Shown in pieces: positions 56,350 to 64,000 of a stretch of DNA of 64,000 nt; position 1 is the first letter of the stretch; each line of letters begins with the position of its first letter. The notes beneath the pieces are model-generated. The model searched no databases. It worked only from the letters and a program-made list of their open reading frames with translations, and was not told the origin of the DNA. The position numbers were made by a program, and so were the translations under genes. Source of the stretch: an uncultured Acidobacteriota bacterium (GTDB taxonomy: Bacteria > Acidobacteriota > Terriglobia > Acidiferrales > UBA7541); assembly GCA_963749025.1 (NCBI GenBank), contig CAVVKO010000006.1:157449-221448 (forward strand), in the 5' to 3' direction.

Positions 56350-58623
56350 CTAGATGGGAGACTTTGGTGACGCTTCCGTCTCGGGATACAGGCGCTCAAA
56401 TTCCGGGTTGCCGTGGAGCAGGGCGAGGTCCGGGTCGCGGCGCGTCCACACAGCATCTTTGGAGCCCGCCTCCCAGGCTTTGCGCAGGGCGTCCATGGCC
56501 TCCGCCGGTCTCTTCAGGAGGCAGTACACGCAGGCGGCGTTGTAAAGAATGGAGGCCTCGTTGGCGCGCAAGGTCACGGCCAGATTGAGCTCGCGGATGG
56601 CGTCGTCCGGGCGTCCCAATTCGGCGTAGTTGCCGCCCAAGAGGATGCGCGCTCGCGCGTCCTCAGGCACTTGTTTCAGGTGGCGCTCAAGCGCGTGGCA
56701 GAATCGGTCGTTCAACTTCATTTTGGCTTCGTCTCTTCCCATCGCGCCGAGACAATTCCTGATGGGCACGTAAACGTTGTAGTCCTCGCCGCTCGAATCG
56801 ATGGCCGCTTCCGTGAGGTCCAGCACTTCCTGATAGCGTCCGGCGGCAAAGAGAGCGCGGCAGAACAGGTAATAAGCGCCGTCGCAGTCATGTTTGCGCT
56901 CGATAGCTTTTTTGACCATGCGCACGGCTTCGTCATAGAGTCCTGCGGCGTACAGAACCCAGGCCTGGCTGAGGTGAGTTTCGGGCAAGTCCCAGCGCAG
57001 AGCCACGGCCCGGCCGGAAGCCTCGCGTGCGCGTTCGATCCACACCTGATCGCGGCTGAAGAGGGAGTAGTACATCGCGCAGGCGTTGGCGCAGGCGGCG
57101 TAGGCCAGGGCGAAGCTGGGGTCCAGCGTGACGGCGTTTTCGAACATCTGCAACGCGAACTCGACGTCCTGTCGCGTCAGACGCCGGGCGTAGCGTTTGC
57201 CGCGCAAGTAGAGATCGTAGGCTTGCAGGTTTTCGGTGGGCTTGTCCGCCAGCGCCTCGAGTTCTTGAGGCGAAAGCGTCACGCGCAGGGCCTCTGCTAT
57301 CTTGCGGGCCATTTCGTCCTGTACTTCGAAAACGTCCTTCATCTCGCGGTCGAAGCGCTCCGACCACAGCGGAAAATCGGTTTGCGTGTCGATAAGCTGC
57401 GCGCTGATGCGCAGGCGATTGCCGGCGCGGCGCAATGTTCCAGTCAGGACGTACGCGGCGCCGAGCTGCTGCCCAATCTGCACCGGCGTCACCGGCTTGT
57501 CGCGGAAGGCCAGGACGGTGGGGCGGGAAAAAGTGTTGAGCCCGCGGATTTTGGAGAGCTCGGTGATAACGTCCTCGGTGATGCCGTCGCGCAGGTATTC
57601 GTCTTCTTTCGCGCCGCTCTGATTTTCGAAGTAAAGCACGGCTACGGATTTTTGCTTTGCTGCAGCTGCTTGCGCCGGCGTGGAAGGCAAAGAAGTTTTT
57701 TCGGCGGCCGGACGGCGGCTCGAATCGAGGTCACGCTTGAGGCGCTTCAGGTCCGCACGAAGTTCGGCAGCGGTCTGGTAACGCAGGTCGGGGTCTTTTT
57801 CGAGCCCCTTGCTCAGAATGTTTTCCATGGCCGCGGGCAGGCGCGGGTTCAATTCTTTGGCCGACGGGGGCGTGTCGTGCAGGATGCCGTCAAAAATGAC
57901 TGCCGAGGTTGCGCCGGAGAACGGGACCGATCCCGTCGCCATTTCGTAGAGCACGATGCCGAGGGAAAATAAATCCGAGCGCGCGTCGAGTTCTTCGCCT
58001 CGCGCCTGCTCCGGCGACATGTACGCGACGGTGCCCATGGAGCTGCCCGGGCTGGTCAGTTGGTCTCTGTCGAGCAGGTGCGGCTGGGTGCGCATGGATG
58101 AAGCGCCCACCGATTCGGCGGCTGGGTGGTGCACCGGCGTCAGCTTCGCCAAACCGAAATCTAGAATTTTTGCCTGCCCGCGTTCGACCAGGAAAATATT
58201 CGCGGGCTTGATGTCGCGATGCACGATGCCCTTGGAGTGCGCGGCATCGAGGCCGTTCGCGATCTGAACGCCAATCTCAAGCAGCTCCGATATATCGATG
58301 GGCCTGCCCTCGATGCGGTGCTTGAGCGTTTTCCCTTCGAGCAGCTCCATGGCGATGAAGGGGCGGCCCTCGAATTCGCCGATATCGTAAATGGTGCAAA
58401 TGTTCGCGTGATTGAGCGCGGAAGCGGCGCGCGCTTCGCGGCGGAATCGCTCGATGGCCTGGGCGTCCTGCGAAATATCGTCGGGGAGGAATTTCAGGGC
58501 GACGCTGCGGCCGAGGCGCGAATCTTTGGCTTTGTAAACGACGCCCGTTCCACCGCCGCCGAGTTTTTCGAGGACGTTATAGTGCGAAATTGTGCGGCCA
58601 AGAATCGAAGATGGATCCGGCAT
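56350..58623 (-). CDS. Ser/Thr protein kinase with a TolB-N-like module and TPR repeats, no TM helix (paralog K2)
   Basis: Collinear with K1. By eye the kinase domain is ~88% identical at protein level and ~90% at DNA level in the stretches I compared. Confidence 0.88.
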   Translation of the reverse strand: MPDPSSILGRTISHYNVLEKLGGGGTGVVYKAKDSRLGRSVALKFLPDDISQDAQAIERFRREARAASALNHANICTIYDIGEFEGRPFIAMELLEGKTLKHRIEGRPIDISELLEIGVQIANGLDAAHSKGIVHRDIKPANIFLVERGQAKILDFGLAKLTPVHHPAAESVGASSMRTQPHLLDRDQLTSPGSSMGTVAYMSPEQARGEELDARSDLFSLGIVLYEMATGSVPFSGATSAVIFDGILHDTPPSAKELNPRLPAAMENILSKGLEKDPDLRYQTAAELRADLKRLKRDLDSSRRPAAEKTSLPSTPAQAAAAKQKSVAVLYFENQSGAKEDEYLRDGITEDVITELSKIRGLNTFSRPTVLAFRDKPVTPVQIGQQLGAAYVLTGTLRRAGNRLRISAQLIDTQTDFPLWSERFDREMKDVFEVQDEMARKIAEALRVTLSPQELEALADKPTENLQAYDLYLRGKRYARRLTRQDVEFALQMFENAVTLDPSFALAYAACANACAMYYSLFSRDQVWIERAREASGRAVALRWDLPETHLSQAWVLYAAGLYDEAVRMVKKAIERKHDCDGAYYLFCRALFAAGRYQEVLDLTEAAIDSSGEDYNVYVPIRNCLGAMGRDEAKMKLNDRFCHALERHLKQVPEDARARILLGGNYAELGRPDDAIRELNLAVTLRANEASILYNAACVYCLLKRPAEAMDALRKAWEAGSKDAVWTRRDPDLALLHGNPEFERLYPETEASPKSPI

Positions 58624-58633
58624 GGGCCCGAGC

Positions 58634-58662
58634 AGTTTACGCTAGCGGCTTGATACTAGCAA
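58634..58662 (-). promoter_or_regulatory. putative promoter of K2, near-leaderless
   Basis: The minus strand reads TTGCTA-17 nt-TAAACT-10 nt-ATG. Confidence 0.3.
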
Positions 58663-58749
58663 TCGTCCAACGTCGACCGGGGACTGGCGGCCCGCTTTGC
58701 TGTTCGGTATTGCCCGCAGCACCAGGCCGCACGGCTGATGTTGCTCGCG

Positions 58750-58778
58750 TTGACTTGCATTCACGCCTAGCCTAACAT
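58750..58778 (+). promoter_or_regulatory. putative sigma-70-type promoter of K3
   Basis: TTGACT-17 nt-TAACAT, 26 nt upstream of ATG 58805. Confidence 0.4.
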
Positions 58779-58804
58779 GTGCCGCCAAGACCCACTGCCC
58801 ATCG

Positions 58805-61147
58805 ATGATTGACCAAACCATCTCCCACTATCGCATCGTCGAAAAACTCGGCGGCGGTGGAATGGGCGTCGTTTATAAGGCCGAGGACATCAAGCTCCGC
58901 CGTTTTGTTGCGTTGAAATTCCTGCCGGAAGATCTGGCCAAGGACCAATTGGCGCTCGAACGGTTCCAGCGCGAGGCGCAGGCCGCGTCGGCGCTGAACC
59001 ATCCCAACATTTGCACGATTTACGAAATTGATGAATTCGAGGGGCGCCGGTTTATCGCCATGGAGTTTCTCGATGGGCGGACGCTGAAGCACCATATCGA
59101 GGGTCGTCCGCTGGAGATCGAATCGCTGCTCGACTGGAGCACACAGATTGCCGAGGGGCTCGACGCTGCACACGCTGCCGGAATTATCCATCGCGATATC
59201 AAACCGGCCAATCTTTTCATCACTGCGCGCGGTCACGCGAAAATTCTGGATTTTGGGCTGGCCAAGCTCGCGCCCACAGCGCAAAAAGTGGCGGAAGGCG
59301 CAACGATTTCGGGTCGAACGACTGCTGCCGACCAGTTGCTCACTAGTCCGGGCACGTCGATAGGGACGGTCACCTACATGTCGCCCGAGCAGGTGCGCGG
59401 AAGCGAGCTCGACAAGCGTACCGATCTTTTTTCTCTGGGCGCGGTGCTGTACGAAATGGGCACGGGCGCGATGGCGTTTTCCGGTGCAACCAGCGGCGTG
59501 ATTTTCGAGGCCATTCTGAATCGCCCGCCGGTTTCGCCGCTGCGATTGAATCCTGCGCTGCCGGCCGGGTTCGAGCAGGTGGTCAACAAGGCGCTCGAAA
59601 AAGACCGCAAAATGCGTTACCAGTCTGCCGCGGATTTAGGCGCGGACTTGCGGCGGCTGAAGAGGGAAACGGAGTCGTCGCGAACGGTGGTGCCGCCGGA
59701 GATTGCGCAATCTTCCGCCGGACAAGTGTCGTCGCAAAGCGCGACGCAAGCGATGCCGTCGAAATCGGGTCGCTGGGGAATGTATGCGGGCGGGGCAGTG
59801 CTGGTGTTGCTGCTCGCGATCGGCGGATGGTTCTGGTATCAGAAGCATTCCGCGCCTGGCGCGGCAGCGATCGCGGTGAAGCCGTCGGTTGCTGTGCTGC
59901 CGCTGCAGAATCTGAGCACGGATGCGGACAGCGTATATTTCAGCGACGGAATGACGGACGAAATCACCACCAAGCTTTCGAAGATTCAGGGGATTAACGT
60001 GGCGCCGCGTTCGACTGCCGCAGCGGTGAAGGGCGCGGATCAAAACGCGGCGGAGCTGGGACGTCAACTTGGTGTGCGTTATTTGCTCGAAGGCACGGTG
60101 CGAAAATCCGGCGATCAGGTGCGCATCAACGTGCATTTGATCGACTCAACCACTGGGTTTCAAGTCTGGGCCGATGACTTCACCGGTCAGATGAAGGATG
60201 TGTTTTCGCTGCAGGAACAAACGGCGCTGAAGATCGCGCAGGCGCTGAATCTGAATTTGAGCCCGCAAGAAAAGAAAGCTGTCGAACAGCGATACACCCA
60301 GAATCCGGAAGCATATCAGGCTTTTCTGGTCGGTCGCGGGCTGTTGGAAGTGGAAACGCAGGAAAGATTCGAGGCCGCGCGCAAAAGCTTTGAAGAAGCT
60401 CTGAAGTTGGATCCGAACTACGCTCTGGCGCTGGCCGGACTTTCTCACGTGGAAAGCCTTTACTATCGAGACCTCGACAGCAATCCGGAGCACCTGAAGC
60501 TGGCGGAGGAATACGCGCGGCGAGCAATTGCGGTCGATCCGAATCTCGCGGAGGCGCATGTCGCCCTAGGCCAAACATATGGGTTGCGATTCAACTACAC
60601 TGCGGCGGCGAGCGAACTTCGCGAGGCCATCCGATTGGAACCGGACAACTATCTCGCTTGGGACTTGTTGTCGTGGGCGCTGGGCTATGAGATACCTCCC
60701 GACGCGGTGGAAGTGGAGAAAGCAGCGCGAGAAGCGATTCGGCTCCAACCATCCTCGGCGGCGGCGCAGTACCACTTGGGGCGCGCGTTTATTTTTCAGG
60801 GTCGCTATCAGGAAGCGGAGGCGGCATTCCATCTCGCAGGGCAAATCGGCGATAAGACTTACGAAGTCATGGGAATGACTCAGCTCGCCCTCGCGCAAGG
60901 GAACTGGGATCAGGCAGTCAGTTACGGTTCAAAATTGGGCGGTGAACGCAAGACTGCCTTGGATTATTACTGGATGAGCGCGGCCTATGCCGGTAAGGGC
61001 GACAAGGAGAAAGCTCTGGCGTCGCTGCAAGAAGCGCTCAAGCTGGGCTACGGCGATTTTGGGGCGCTGGATGCCAGCCCGTATTTTGCTTCGCTGCGCG
61101 ACGATCCGCGCTACAAGCAGCTCGTGCAGCAGTACCGCAAGAAGTAA
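58805..61147 (+). CDS. Ser/Thr protein kinase with a TM helix, TolB-N-like module and TPR repeats (paralog K3)
   Basis: [35 protein letters not shown] helix [22 protein letters not shown]. Then [33 protein letters not shown]...[20 protein letters not shown] and TPR repeats. Confidence 0.88.
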   Translation: MIDQTISHYRIVEKLGGGGMGVVYKAEDIKLRRFVALKFLPEDLAKDQLALERFQREAQAASALNHPNICTIYEIDEFEGRRFIAMEFLDGRTLKHHIEGRPLEIESLLDWSTQIAEGLDAAHAAGIIHRDIKPANLFITARGHAKILDFGLAKLAPTAQKVAEGATISGRTTAADQLLTSPGTSIGTVTYMSPEQVRGSELDKRTDLFSLGAVLYEMGTGAMAFSGATSGVIFEAILNRPPVSPLRLNPALPAGFEQVVNKALEKDRKMRYQSAADLGADLRRLKRETESSRTVVPPEIAQSSAGQVSSQSATQAMPSKSGRWGMYAGGAVLVLLLAIGGWFWYQKHSAPGAAAIAVKPSVAVLPLQNLSTDADSVYFSDGMTDEITTKLSKIQGINVAPRSTAAAVKGADQNAAELGRQLGVRYLLEGTVRKSGDQVRINVHLIDSTTGFQVWADDFTGQMKDVFSLQEQTALKIAQALNLNLSPQEKKAVEQRYTQNPEAYQAFLVGRGLLEVETQERFEAARKSFEEALKLDPNYALALAGLSHVESLYYRDLDSNPEHLKLAEEYARRAIAVDPNLAEAHVALGQTYGLRFNYTAAASELREAIRLEPDNYLAWDLLSWALGYEIPPDAVEVEKAAREAIRLQPSSAAAQYHLGRAFIFQGRYQEAEAAFHLAGQIGDKTYEVMGMTQLALAQGNWDQAVSYGSKLGGERKTALDYYWMSAAYAGKGDKEKALASLQEALKLGYGDFGALDASPYFASLRDDPRYKQLVQQYRKK

Positions 61148-61298
61148 GCGCCGCGAACGAAAGCCTAGTGGCCCTGGGGGCAACTTGAAAAGTTCCCGAG
61201 CTCCCGAAAGGCTTGAAGAGTTTTCTAAGAACCCGTGGGAATTTCAGCAAACCTTCGAAACCCCTCTTAAGAACTTGCAGCTATTCGTGAAAACGATC

Positions 61299-61649
61299 AT
61301 GTCAGTGGATGAGCGAGTGCAGGCAGCTTCCCTCACGATCGACGTCGTGGTATTTGAACCTAAGGCAGTGATCGACATGCTGACGCGTTTTTCTATCTCG
61401 TCGGAGCCCGCGCGAGGCCTCTGCTTGATTGCTGGCGGCGAGCTGGAAGTCGAAGAACTCCTCGTCACAGTCTTGAGTGAATGGATCGATTTCCTCTTTG
61501 TTCCTCAACCAGAATCGTTTGCGATATACGCGGATCACGACGAGTACACGACTTTCTACACTCACACGCGGACGGAGCTTGACCGGCTGACTGAGGCATT
61601 GGCATGTAAGGGTTTCAAGGCGGTATCGAATTATGAAAGAAGCTTTTGA
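61299..61649 (+). CDS. hypothetical protein
   Basis: 116 aa from the internal ATG of ORF 60987..61649; the upstream part of that ORF overlaps K3 and intergenic sequence. Acidic, with no recognisable motif. Confidence 0.4.
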   Translation: MSVDERVQAASLTIDVVVFEPKAVIDMLTRFSISSEPARGLCLIAGGELEVEELLVTVLSEWIDFLFVPQPESFAIYADHDEYTTFYTHTRTELDRLTEALACKGFKAVSNYERSF

Positions 61650-61700
61650 AGGTAGGTGCAGGAATCGGCAGATTTCGTCGGCGTGATAGAATCGCGCGAA

Positions 61701-62405
61701 ATGGGGACGGAAGCATCGGCGATTGCTGCGAATCTTGGGCGCGTCCGCGAACGGATCGCGCGTGCGGCGAAGCGCGCGGGACGGCGCGCGGAAGACGTCA
61801 CGCTGGTGGCCGTGTCGAAGACGTTTCCTGCGGAGGCGATTCGCGCGGCTTATGACGCGGGGCTGCGCCACTTTGGCGAAAACCGCGTGCAGGAGTGGGA
61901 GTCCAAGCGTCCGCTACTCGCGGATCTTGACGCTACATGGCATCTCATTGGCCACTTGCAGAGCAACAAGGTGCGTCGCGCGGCGTTCCTTTTCCGTCGC
62001 GTCGATTCCGTGGACGATTTGGCGCTGGCGAAAAAGCTCGACGCCGCTGCAGCTGCGGAAGGGAAGCGCTTGCCTGTGCTGATTGAAGTGCATTTGGGCG
62101 ATGAGACGACGAAGAGTGGGACGTCTGAAGCAGATTTGCCGACGCTAGCCGCGAGCGTTGCGCCATTCGCGCATTTCGATTTGATCGGGTTGATGACCAT
62201 CCCGCCATTTTTCGACGAGCCCGAGCGCGCTCGTCCCTATTTCCGCAAGTTGCGCGAACTTCGCGACGAACTAAGTGCACGGATCGGTCGGGCGTTGCCG
62301 GTGCTCTCGATGGGGATGAGCCACGACATCGAAGTCGCGATCGAAGAGGGCGCCACGGAGATTCGCGTCGGGACCGGGATTTTCGGTACCCGGAAATTGA
62401 ATTAG
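61701..62405 (+). CDS. yggS: YggS family pyridoxal-phosphate homeostasis protein
   Basis: IAANLGRVRERIARAA...VTLVAVSKTFPAEAIRAAYDAGLRHFGENRVQE...WHLIGHLQSNKV...LSMGMSHD. Confidence 0.88.
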   Translation: MGTEASAIAANLGRVRERIARAAKRAGRRAEDVTLVAVSKTFPAEAIRAAYDAGLRHFGENRVQEWESKRPLLADLDATWHLIGHLQSNKVRRAAFLFRRVDSVDDLALAKKLDAAAAAEGKRLPVLIEVHLGDETTKSGTSEADLPTLAASVAPFAHFDLIGLMTIPPFFDEPERARPYFRKLRELRDELSARIGRALPVLSMGMSHDIEVAIEEGATEIRVGTGIFGTRKLN

Positions 62406-62481
62406 TAGAACGCTTCGACGTCCTGCGAGCCAGGAACCCTTCGTCGCGTTGCTCCTCAGGGTGACGACCCTCGCCGGGTCG

Positions 62482-63750
62482 TCACGAATAGCGGAGCCAG
62501 CGGAACATCTCGACAATCGACGGTCGCTTGCCGTACATCAAGATTCCCACGCGATAGATTTTCGCAGAAGCCCAGATCGTGCCAATCGTCGTGATGAACA
62601 GCAGGGCGAGAGAAAGCGCGATCTGCCAGAGCGGCGGCGTCTGTAGCGAGATCCGCAGAGCCATCAGCACCGGTGCAAAGAACGGAACCAAGGACAGACC
62701 CACCGAAACGTTGGAAGTGGGGTCGTTCAGGACCACGCTGTAAATCACCATGCAGAAAACCAGCGGGGCCATGGCGATCCATTGCAATTGCTGCGCGTCC
62801 TGGTCATTCGAGCAGGCCGCCCCAATCGCGGCGAACATCGACGAATACAGAAAATATCCGCCAAAGAAGAAGACGCTGGCCCAAATCACAAGCGAAACCG
62901 GAACGTGAACACCTGAGAGCGCCGATCCCTGGCCCATGCCCGCCGCGGCCAGCGCACCATAGGAGAAAAGCAGCGCAGTGGAAATCATCCAGATAGCGAA
63001 CTGCGTGAACGCGGCCGCGGCCACGCCAAGAATTTTCCCGCAGAGAAGCTCGAACGGACGCACGGCGGAGATGAGGACTTCCATGGTGCGCGTGGTTTTT
63101 TCCTCCAGGACTGAGCGCATGGTGATGATGCCGTACATGAGCAGCGCGGTGTAAAGCAGGATAACCAGGGCGATGGCTATCCCGATGCTCTGCCCCTTTT
63201 CCACGGACTCGCCGGTCTCGCTGACCTTGAGGAGCTTCAGGTCCGTGCCCTGGAGAATCGTCTTGATGTCGTCCAAGTGCACGCCGCGATCGCTGAGCCG
63301 CCGCGAAATCACGGCCTGATCGACGGCGCCCGAAAGCGGCCCGATAAGGCTGAAGTTATCGGGATTGCGCATGTGCAGCTCGAACGATTCCTTGGGGTCG
63401 CGCGGAATCCAGAGGTAAGCGTCGAGCTTCCCGGTATTGATGCGCGTGCGCAGGTCGGCCTGAACGGAGTCTGGCGAAGCGGGCTGAACAACGGTGTCAA
63501 CGATGTTGAACTCCGGCTGCCCGTTTTCGAGCTTGGCATCCAGGCCGTGCGCGATAGGTTGCGCGAGCTCGCCGGAATTGTCCACAATCACCAGGCGCAT
63601 GCTCTGCGTAGGCTTGTGGTTCACGAGAAAGATAATGAGCAAGCAGAAGGCCACGCCAATCAGCGGCACGATGATCGTTCCGATGATGAAGCCCTTGGTT
63701 TTCACGCGCGTCAGGTATTCGCGCTTGACGATGAGGCGAAGTTTACGCAC
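62482..63750 (-). CDS. ABC-2 type transporter permease (NatB-like)
   Basis: MRKLRLIVKREYLTRVKTKGFIIGTIIVPLIGV, a large first extracytoplasmic loop, then 5 C-terminal TM helices. Overlaps the upstream ATPase gene by 8 nt. Confidence 0.8.
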   Translation of the reverse strand: MRKLRLIVKREYLTRVKTKGFIIGTIIVPLIGVAFCLLIIFLVNHKPTQSMRLVIVDNSGELAQPIAHGLDAKLENGQPEFNIVDTVVQPASPDSVQADLRTRINTGKLDAYLWIPRDPKESFELHMRNPDNFSLIGPLSGAVDQAVISRRLSDRGVHLDDIKTILQGTDLKLLKVSETGESVEKGQSIGIAIALVILLYTALLMYGIITMRSVLEEKTTRTMEVLISAVRPFELLCGKILGVAAAAFTQFAIWMISTALLFSYGALAAAGMGQGSALSGVHVPVSLVIWASVFFFGGYFLYSSMFAAIGAACSNDQDAQQLQWIAMAPLVFCMVIYSVVLNDPTSNVSVGLSLVPFFAPVLMALRISLQTPPLWQIALSLALLFITTIGTIWASAKIYRVGILMYGKRPSIVEMFRWLRYS

Positions 63751-64000
63751 GGGTGGTCCTATCGATAAAGATTTCGTTCAGCGACGGCTCGAGAAGCTCA
63801 AATCGCGTGATGCGAGTATTCGCTTGTACGGCGGCTTTCAAGATTTCCTGCGGATCGGCGCCGGGTTTTAGCTTGGCTTCCACGCCGCTGCCGAGGCGCG
63901 TCACGTTCAGGATCGAGGGGTGCTTCAAGAAACTTTCGTCGCCGGTAAATTCGACGTGCAGCGTGTTCTTCCCGTAGGACTGTTTGATGGCGCGGAGCTC
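63743..64000 (-). CDS. ABC transporter ATP-binding protein, C-terminal part only (5' end outside the window)
   Basis: My translation continues in frame to the window edge: ...LRAIKQSYGKNTLHVEFTGDESFLKHPSILNVTRLGSGVEAKLKPGADPQEILKAAVQANTRITRFELLEPSLNEIFIDR. This looks like the typical accessory C-terminal domain of NatA-like ATPases. Confidence 0.7.
   Translation of the reverse strand, partial: ELRAIKQSYGKNTLHVEFTGDESFLKHPSILNVTRLGSGVEAKLKPGADPQEILKAAVQANTRITRFELLEPSLNEIFIDRTTRA

Noticed and set aside
60987-61298. Upstream part of ORF 60987..61649
   Set aside because: It overlaps the conserved C-terminus of kinase K3 in another frame and then crosses intergenic sequence. Only the distal 116 codons were kept, with low confidence.
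62460-62484. Perfect 10-bp inverted repeat GTGACGACCC-TCGCC-GGGTCGTCAC as a terminator between yggS and the ABC permease
   Set aside because: It has no flanking T-tract on either strand, and its right arm lies inside the permease stop-codon region. It may still act as an RNA-stabilising hairpin, but I could not support a terminator call.

Overview
High-GC (about 60%) chromosomal segment. The protein content suggests a soil bacterium of the Acidobacteriota type: many Hanks-type Ser/Thr kinases fused to TPR or beta-propeller sensors, BshA, and duplicated complex I. That assignment is inference only. I could support about 66 CDS and found no rRNA, tRNA, CRISPR array, transposase or integrase by eye.

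Layout:
- 1-12.5 kb: housekeeping genes (GDPD, rsmA, glgA, trxA, tag, purA), then a molybdenum-cofactor cluster (moeA-moaC-[REC-DUF4388 regulator]-mogA) followed by a Ser/Thr kinase.
- 12.6-37.7 kb: a respiratory block. A plus-strand nuoA-C-D-H-J-K-L-M-N set runs straight into atpZ-atpI-atpB-atpE (F0 a and c only) and ends at a strong terminator. It faces a convergent second set, nuoA-C-D-(E-F fusion)-G-H-J-K-L-M-N. Neither set contains nuoB or nuoI, and there is no room for them.
- 37.7-48.6 kb: accessory-looking genes. These are a hypothetical gene coupled to thiS, an ArsR regulator with three tandem SRPBCC paralogs plus a secreted protein and an NTF2-like protein, ribA, an orphan LytS-type kinase, osmC-bshA, an SDR with a PaaI thioesterase, and an Hfq-like protein.
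- 48.7-64 kb: holB-tmk, an odd 370-nt intergenic region with a T-free polypurine tract, a divergent PurD-like ATP-grasp gene, a convergent pair of STAS genes, three paralogous kinase-TPR genes (two are a recent tandem duplication), yggS, and an ABC-2 exporter that is cut by the window edge.

Start codons were chosen by homology to known N-termini and by ribosome-binding-site inspection, and they are less certain than stops. All family assignments rest on motif recognition by eye, not on database searches.
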